Source of the DNA: Parcubacteria group bacterium
GTDB lineage: Bacteria > Patescibacteriota > Minisyncoccia > Moranbacterales > UBA2206
Direction of reading: 5' to 3'
DNA: 64,000 nucleotides
Assembly: GCA_041659505.1 (NCBI GenBank)
Contig: JBAZYF010000001.1
Location: 253,274-317,273 of the forward strand
In this document: in pieces, positions 58,164-64,000 of the stretch
Position numbering within the stretch: position 1 is the stretch's first letter
How the letters are laid out: every line of letters starts with the position of its first letter
Translations under genes and position numbers: made by a program
Notes under the pieces: generated by a model
What the model saw: the letters and a program-made list of their open reading frames with translations, nothing else
Databases searched by the model: none
What the model was told of the DNA's origin: nothing

Positions 58164-59738
58164 TTATCCTTTGGCTTTATACAGCTTGTAATTCACGCTA
58201 TCTGAGAGCGCTTGCCAACTGGCTTCAATCACGTCATAGGACACGCCCATCGTGTGCCAACGCCCGGCTTCGCCATTGGCTGATTCGATGAGCACCCGCA
58301 CGCGCGCCGCTGTTCCTGCCCGACCCGGCAGCACCCGCACTTTGTAATCAAGCAGTTTCATCTCTTTCAAAACCGGATAATATTTCTCCAGCGCTTTTCG
58401 CAAAGCTCGGTCAAGCGCGTTGACCGGACCATCGCCCGAAGCAATTGTTTCTTCCAACTTATTCCCAACTCTGATTTTCACCAGCGCTTCCACTTGCGGA
58501 TTTTCTTCCCCGGCCTTGCGCTCATCAATCACCCGCCGGCTGATCAGTTCAAAAAATTGTGTCTTTCTCCCCAGCGCTTCGGATAGTAAGAGCTCAAAAC
58601 TCGCCTCAGCAATCTCAAATTGAAATCCACTATTTTCCAACTCTTTCAATTTTTTGAGTGCTCCTGCAACGACAGGATTTTTTGGATCAAGTTCGATCCC
58701 TAATTCTTTGGCTTTCATAACAATTGACGCTCGGCCGGCCAGATCGGAAACTAAAATTCTTCTTTTGTTCCCCACATGCTCCGGCTGGATATGCTCATAG
58801 GTATGCGGATTTTTGGAAACGGCGCTGGTATGCACTCCGCCTTTATGCGTAAACGCACTTCGGCCGGTATAGGCTTGGAAGTGATTGGATGGCAAATTGG
58901 CCAGTTCCATAAAATAGCGACTGAGCGCTTGTAACTGCACCAGATTTTCTTTTGGCACGCACTCGATTCCCAATTTTAGTTGCAAGGTGGGAATGATCGA
59001 ACAAAGATTAGCATTACCACAACGCTCGCCCACTCCGTTCAATGTTCCCTGAATCTGCGTCGCGCCCGCTTTCACTGCTGCAAGCGTGTTGGCCACCGCC
59101 ATCTCTCCGTCGTTGTGCGTATGGATGCCCAAGGGAACATTAGGCAGCTGCTTTTTAACTTCCGCCACGATGCGCGTCACTTCATCCGGCAGTGATCCGC
59201 CATTAGTGTCGCATAGCACAAGACAATCCGCCCCGCCAGCCTTGGCCGCTTTCAATGTCAAAAGCGCATACTCCGGATTATTTTTATACCCATCAAAAAA
59301 ATGTTCCGCGTCATAGAAAACTGTCGCAATATTTTTTTTCAAAAACTTCACGCTCCCTTCAATAATTTCCAAATTGCGCTCGGGAGAAATTCTCAGAACT
59401 TCCTCCACGTGCACCGTCCAACTCTTGCCAAAAATGGTCGCCACTGTCACTCCGGAATCCACCAACTCTTTGAGATTCTCATCAGTCTCGGGCGTGTTTT
59501 TGGCCAGATGCGTCGAACCAAAAGCCGTGAGCTTGGCATTTTTCAATTTTTGCGTTTTCATGACTTCAAAAAATTCCCGATCCTTTGGATTGGATCCCGG
59601 CCAGCCACCTTCAATATAATGCACGCCAAACTCATCGAGCTTCCTCGCAATCCGCACCTTGTCCGCCACCGAAAGGCTCATCCCTTCGCCCTGAGTGCCG
59701 TCCCGCAGAGTCGTGTCATAGATTTTTACTTTTTGCAT
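58164..59738 (-). CDS. cimA: (R)-citramalate synthase / 2-isopropylmalate synthase family
   Basis: [18 protein letters not shown] and a C-terminal LeuA-dimer domain; the track start 59756 is an alternative. Confidence 0.8.
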   Translation of the reverse strand: MQKVKIYDTTLRDGTQGEGMSLSVADKVRIARKLDEFGVHYIEGGWPGSNPKDREFFEVMKTQKLKNAKLTAFGSTHLAKNTPETDENLKELVDSGVTVATIFGKSWTVHVEEVLRISPERNLEIIEGSVKFLKKNIATVFYDAEHFFDGYKNNPEYALLTLKAAKAGGADCLVLCDTNGGSLPDEVTRIVAEVKKQLPNVPLGIHTHNDGEMAVANTLAAVKAGATQIQGTLNGVGERCGNANLCSIIPTLQLKLGIECVPKENLVQLQALSRYFMELANLPSNHFQAYTGRSAFTHKGGVHTSAVSKNPHTYEHIQPEHVGNKRRILVSDLAGRASIVMKAKELGIELDPKNPVVAGALKKLKELENSGFQFEIAEASFELLLSEALGRKTQFFELISRRVIDERKAGEENPQVEALVKIRVGNKLEETIASGDGPVNALDRALRKALEKYYPVLKEMKLLDYKVRVLPGRAGTAARVRVLIESANGEAGRWHTMGVSYDVIEASWQALSDSVNYKLYKAKG

Positions 59739-59989
59739 ATATTTTTTAGCAATCAAAAAACCCGGTTCCGCCGGGCTATGCTTTGCTTTTGTCTTATTAT
59801 CTTCTATGCATAAACCCGAGCGAAAAATTGTCGTCTAATAATGACGATGCTAATAATCTCAAAAAATTTTCGCGCTATGTTTTGCATAGGAATAGTTTAG
59901 CTTGTGGGAGGAAAAGTGTCAAATTAAAATAAAAAGCGGCTCGGTAAATCCTTACCTCACCGCTTTTCCAGACTGTTTTAAATCCTTGC

Positions 59990-60334
59990 TTATTTCCTTT
60001 GCATGAGCTGACTTATTTCTGCGTTTCTCTCAGCTAATGAATTCAGCCATTGCAAAAGAACTTCTTCGTGAAAGCAGAAATTGTCGTCATAGGAATTTAA
60101 CACGGCTTCCATTTCCGCAATCTCCGCTTCGGTTTTGTACGAGTTACGCGCCCAAAGATTTATTTGCATAATCTCATCGGGCGAATAATTCAAGAGAAAA
60201 AGCCTGTTTGTTTTCGCATGTGCTAGCCATTCTCTTGCCGATATGATACTTCCTTTTGAAAAGTCTAACTGATCCAAAAGCATATCGACATACTCACGCA
60301 TTTTCATTTTTTGCAGCTCAAAGTAATAGTCCAC
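59990..60334 (-). CDS. Hypothetical protein (114 aa)
   Basis: ORF only. Confidence 0.4.
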   Translation of the reverse strand: MDYYFELQKMKMREYVDMLLDQLDFSKGSIISAREWLAHAKTNRLFLLNYSPDEIMQINLWARNSYKTEAEIAEMEAVLNSYDDNFCFHEEVLLQWLNSLAERNAEISQLMQRK

Positions 60335-60478
60335 GATACCTCCTTATTTTTAGGGGAAGGAACGATAATTCAGGTTTATTTCACATTGTACTGAACTTAT
60401 ATTTTTAGCACAGTATCTAACTTTAGTCAACCCCGCCTTCCTTCATTAACTACTCGACCATTATTGGTAATCAAAAAA

Positions 60479-60958
60479 CTATTTTTTATACACATCCGCC
60501 TTGTATGCCAGAGGAAGCAGTTCTTGCGAATCGGTTTTGATTACAAGGGAAAAATCACTATTGGTAAGCAGGATTGGAATGGCTCTGTTTTTTATCCCAT
60601 ACCCTTGCGCTTCTGACAAAATTTGACGACAAGTCCCGCAGGGCGGAGTAAGTTGATCGGATTTCCCGCTCCCATCAGCGCTATTGTTGTCAAAAAATCC
60701 CACGATAGCCAAAAGTGCATAGTCATAATTTTGATCAAAAAGTGCTTTGTCGAGTGCCATCCGTTCTGCGCAAGTTGAATTGCTCGTGTTCGTCCGGCGG
60801 ATACTAACACCGTGATAAACTTTCCCATCATCACAAAGCAGTGCCGCGCCAATATGGCGAGTACCTTTTTTGTTTATGTACCGAGCTCCAGCGCCTTTCG
60901 CTTCTTGCAAGAGTGATTGTTCTTTTTCACCCAACTCACTAAAGTTGATTTGTTGCAT
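60479..60958 (-). CDS. cdd: Cytidine/deoxycytidylate deaminase-family protein
   Basis: Zinc motifs CAERMA and PCGTCRQ. Confidence 0.8.
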   Translation of the reverse strand: MQQINFSELGEKEQSLLQEAKGAGARYINKKGTRHIGAALLCDDGKVYHGVSIRRTNTSNSTCAERMALDKALFDQNYDYALLAIVGFFDNNSADGSGKSDQLTPPCGTCRQILSEAQGYGIKNRAIPILLTNSDFSLVIKTDSQELLPLAYKADVYKK

Positions 60959-60986
60959 AAAAATAAAATTAAATTAATAAAATTAA

Positions 60987-61739
60987 TTAAATAACCGCAG
61001 AGCTTTTCCATCTTGAATTAAAAACAGCCACCATACTCTGTCGAATATCGCTCCCCAATGCAACAATAAAGCTTTCCTTTTTCCCCAAATAATTAAGACT
61101 ATTTCCAGATAACCAAAAATTTCCGCCATCCATAATATATCTGTCATGCAATATGCTATTATGGTAAGCCCTAACCTCAATTTTAAATCCTTCTTGTTTG
61201 ATTTCATCTAGTTGCCTCTTAAAGAATCCCTTTGGTTTATCTATAATATTTGCTGTTAACACTTTAATTGGCACTTTTTTATTGAAATTATGAAAGATAA
61301 AATCAAGGGTATTCACATCCACATATGGATCACAAATTTTGACTTCTTTTCTAAGATTCGAGACAAGCGCTCTAAGCGTTTCATTCTTTTTTGCTGAAAA
61401 TGGCTTATCAGCGTCAATAAATATAACCCTCTTTACACTCCCTGCTTCCGAAAGATCCTGCCTGCCCTTTTCCATCATCTTGAAGGAGCCCCCTTTACAA
61501 TGAAAAATACTTTTTTTTCTTTTCAGGATATTCCGAACAGCCTGGACTGAAGTCTTTATTCCCTTTTCTTCAATTAAAAAATTAGCCACATCAGATGGCT
61601 TAAACCTATCTTTTGTGTCAGTTTCAAGTTGATCAAATGCCCAATAAACTTTATAACTTAGTTCATCCAAGCAATACACATCTATTTTTTCGCTTATCTT
61701 AATATTATTCATTATTTTACTTAAACCTATTTTCCACAA
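60987..61739 (-). CDS. Hypothetical protein (250 aa) with a PLD-like variant motif; third gene of an AT-rich operon
   Basis: C-terminal LHDRYIMDGGNFWLSGNSLN resembles the PLD/Nuc HxK(x)4D(x)6GSxN motif but with Arg in place of Lys. The N-terminal half looks wHTH-like (VANFLIEEKGIKTSVQAVRNILKR). Confidence 0.5.
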   Translation of the reverse strand: MWKIGLSKIMNNIKISEKIDVYCLDELSYKVYWAFDQLETDTKDRFKPSDVANFLIEEKGIKTSVQAVRNILKRKKSIFHCKGGSFKMMEKGRQDLSEAGSVKRVIFIDADKPFSAKKNETLRALVSNLRKEVKICDPYVDVNTLDFIFHNFNKKVPIKVLTANIIDKPKGFFKRQLDEIKQEGFKIEVRAYHNSILHDRYIMDGGNFWLSGNSLNYLGKKESFIVALGSDIRQSMVAVFNSRWKSSAVI

Positions 61740-62124
61740 ACAACTCCCCCGTGCTAGTTAGACACCACGCCTTTCTGCTATTCTTTTTTTCCTTTAATTC
61801 CATGATATGACCTTTTTTGATGTTCATATTCACTTTGTCATTTATGTTTTGCGGCACTTTCTCTTTGGCAATCCTGAAAGACCGTCCTAAGTCATCAGCA
61901 TTAAAAGAAGTTGCGTCTTCAAATTTTTCCAAATAATATCCCATAGAAAGTGCCCTTTCCACATCCGTTAATGGCTTTTTCGATAATAAGAACTCCCTTA
62001 AGGACATTTTCTTTTGTTGTGGATTACTAGAATCCACTTCTGGGGAGTGTGGTTTTTCCAGTTTTGCAATTCTTTTTTCCAACTCCATGATCTTTTCTTT
62101 TATTTGTTGAATTTCTTCAGCCAT
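61717..62124 (-). CDS. Hypothetical protein (135 aa) with an N-terminal coiled coil; 23-bp overlap with the downstream gene
   Basis: MAEEIQQIKEKIMELEKRIAKLEK is a heptad pattern. Confidence 0.45.
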   Translation of the reverse strand: MAEEIQQIKEKIMELEKRIAKLEKPHSPEVDSSNPQQKKMSLREFLLSKKPLTDVERALSMGYYLEKFEDATSFNADDLGRSFRIAKEKVPQNINDKVNMNIKKGHIMELKEKKNSRKAWCLTSTGELFVENRFK

Positions 62125-62151
62125 AGTGTTTATTCTTAATATTAACTTTTT

Positions 62152-62826
62152 TTATTTTCTTATCACATACTCCCATTTAGTTCTGCCTTTATCAACAGCA
62201 GGTATTCTTTTTAAAACCTTCTTATTAGAAACAAACCCATTCCTTACTGTTGCGTCGATAACACGATCGTCATGAAATTTTACCTCTTCTCTCAGTTTTT
62301 TTGAAATTTCCTTAATCGTTTTTGGCGTGTTAAAAAACCCACCAACAACCAACTCCTGTATATCCTTGCCTATTCCTTTTGTAGAAATTCGCTTATTTTT
62401 GCTAGGCGAACTTTTTACTTTAATACCTTGCGCATCCCGTAATAAAAGATTATCCAAGAAAAATTCAATTTTATGTGGCATAACTTGATAGACACCCCTT
62501 TCTATTTTTTTTGCAAAACCAGATCTTACAATTTTCGAAAGTCTAGACCCCGTCGCCTGCGTTCTTTCTTGGATTATTTTTTGTATTTCTGAAAGCGTTG
62601 CGCTTGACTGTATCCCGCTATCAAAATTATGAGCTATGAACCGAACCACCAAACAAAGTTTTATTTTTTCATCAGACGGGAGCTCATTATTTTCTATCAA
62701 AATCTGCCCGTTCTTGGCGATTTTTGCATATTTTAAAGCCTTTTCTGCATACTTTTTCACTTTTTCTTTTGTATATTCATTCTCATCAACAATGAACATA
62801 TTTTCTATCTCTTTTTCATTTGTCAT
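62152..62826 (-). CDS. Hypothetical protein (224 aa) with a putative winged-helix segment; first gene of the operon
   Basis: RLSKIVRSGFAKKIERGVYQV is a wHTH-like recognition helix plus wing. Confidence 0.45.
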   Translation of the reverse strand: MTNEKEIENMFIVDENEYTKEKVKKYAEKALKYAKIAKNGQILIENNELPSDEKIKLCLVVRFIAHNFDSGIQSSATLSEIQKIIQERTQATGSRLSKIVRSGFAKKIERGVYQVMPHKIEFFLDNLLLRDAQGIKVKSSPSKNKRISTKGIGKDIQELVVGGFFNTPKTIKEISKKLREEVKFHDDRVIDATVRNGFVSNKKVLKRIPAVDKGRTKWEYVIRK

Positions 62827-62968
62827 AAAAGTTTAATTGTTTTTAATTAAATAACGCCTATATTATACATCTATGTTTATTTCTTGTCAATTATTAAAAT
62901 TTTTATTATATGTAATATGAAAAAAAACAGCCTTCTACGGGCTGTTTTTCCTTGTATGTCTTGTACTC

Positions 62969-64000
62969 CTAATAATCCCTCAGCTTCTTGATCGTCTTAT
63001 GATCCCGGATCTTTTCCAACGCCTTGGCTTCGATTTGCCGGATGCGTTCGCGGGTGACGCCAAACTCTTGGCCGACTTCTTCGAGCGTGTGGGTCACGCC
63101 GTCTTCGAGGCCAAACCGGATTTTCAAAATCTTTTGTTCGCGCGGAGTCAGATCTTTCAAGATTTCTTCGACATGTTCCTTGAGCATTTTTCTTGATGCC
63201 AACTGATTAGGCATGACAGTTTCTGTGTCTTCCACGAAATCGCCCAAAACTGAATCATCATCACTGTCTCCCACTGTCGTTTCCAAAGAAACCGTTTCTT
63301 GGGAAATCTTTTGGATGTGACGGATCTTTTCCACTTCCACGCCCATTTCCACCGCAATCTCTTCCGGCAACGGTTCGCGTCCCAAGTCCTGGACAAGCCG
63401 TCTTGTGATTTGGGTATATTTATTGATCGTCTCCACCATATGCACGGGAATTCTGATTGTTCTGGATTGGTCAGCCAATGCGCGCGTCACCGCTTGGCGG
63501 ATCCACCAAGTAGCATAGGTGGAAAATTTGTAGCCTTTGCGATAATCAAATTTTTCGACTGCGCGGAAAAGTCCGATGTTCCCTTCTTGGATCAGATCAA
63601 GCAGTGACAGATTGTGCGAACGGCCGACATATTTTTTAGCGATACTCACAACAAGACGCAAGTTAGCTTCTGTCATTCTTTGTTTGGCAGCTAGATCGTC
63701 TTTTTCTATTCTTTTTGCGAGAGCAACTTCTTCGGCCGTGGAAAGTAATTCCACCCGTCCGATTTCGCGCAGGTACATCTGAACCAAATCCGATGAAACA
63801 TCATCGGAAATTCCGGCAGCCAAATTATCCTTGCGCGTCGACTTGCCTTTTTTGTTCGGTTTTTCACTTTCAAAATCTTCGGAAATCTTATCCGTCTCGA
63901 ACTTGATCATCTCGTCTGAACTGATTACTTTGATGCTGCTTTTTTCTAATTGATCATAGAGCTCTTCCAGTTTTTCAATGTCGCGTTCTGCATCAGGAAA
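62969..64000 (-). CDS. rpoD: RNA polymerase primary sigma factor (sigma-70 family). The ORF stays open beyond the track start 63910 to the window end, so the N-terminus is truncated.
   Basis: Regions 2-4: [32 protein letters not shown]. Upstream of 63910 the in-frame translation ...[34 protein letters not shown] has no stop. Confidence 0.9.
   Translation of the reverse strand, partial: FPDAERDIEKLEELYDQLEKSSIKVISSDEMIKFETDKISEDFESEKPNKKGKSTRKDNLAAGISDDVSSDLVQMYLREIGRVELLSTAEEVALAKRIEKDDLAAKQRMTEANLRLVVSIAKKYVGRSHNLSLLDLIQEGNIGLFRAVEKFDYRKGYKFSTYATWWIRQAVTRALADQSRTIRIPVHMVETINKYTQITRRLVQDLGREPLPEEIAVEMGVEVEKIRHIQKISQETVSLETTVGDSDDDSVLGDFVEDTETVMPNQLASRKMLKEHVEEILKDLTPREQKILKIRFGLEDGVTHTLEEVGQEFGVTRERIRQIEAKALEKIRDHKTIKKLRDY

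Noticed and set aside
60987-61739. Calling the 250-aa protein a bona fide phospholipase-D nuclease
   Set aside because: The motif has Arg where the catalytic Lys is expected and its spacing is shifted by one residue. It is kept as PLD-like pending a structure or HMM check.

Overview
The window looks like a low-GC, compact, CPR-like bacterial genome with short intergenic regions and many minus-strand operons; there are no rRNA genes and no CRISPR array. Housekeeping content: DoxX (truncated at the window start), MurJ, a cold-shock protein, a minus-strand block of purine/pyrimidine genes (purC-purE-purB, purF, pyrF) with a plus-strand DHODH-family pyrD-like gene, rsgA, glmS, an ABC-F ATPase, typA, tsaC, cimA, cdd, and rpoD (N-terminus runs past the window end). 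Secreted or envelope proteins: S8 peptidase, a beta-helix protein, a C39-like peptidase, a PL7-like lyase, and an M28 peptidase. Most notable features: (1) an AT-rich island at about 28.9-32.7 kb carrying a Fic (class II) gene, an AbrB/MazE-like small gene and a tight three-ORF operon (TIGR04255-like 255 aa + 61 aa + 207 aa), all embedded in duplicated non-coding modules. (2) A tRNA, probably Asn-GUU, split by a roughly 600-nt group-I-like intron that encodes an HNH endonuclease. (3) A 145-bp repeat family with covarying terminal stems, present in three full and one degenerate copy, bracketing a membrane glycosyltransferase-like gene. (4) A 24-bp perfect-palindrome repeat in four copies flanking an orphan parB-like gene and rsgA. 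(5) An AT-rich three-gene operon of small unknown proteins, one with a PLD-like HDR...GNSLN motif, between cdd and rpoD. (6) Clustered promoter-microORF-terminator units that are candidate sRNAs. Every call rests on reading the sequence and recalling motifs from memory; no database searches were run.
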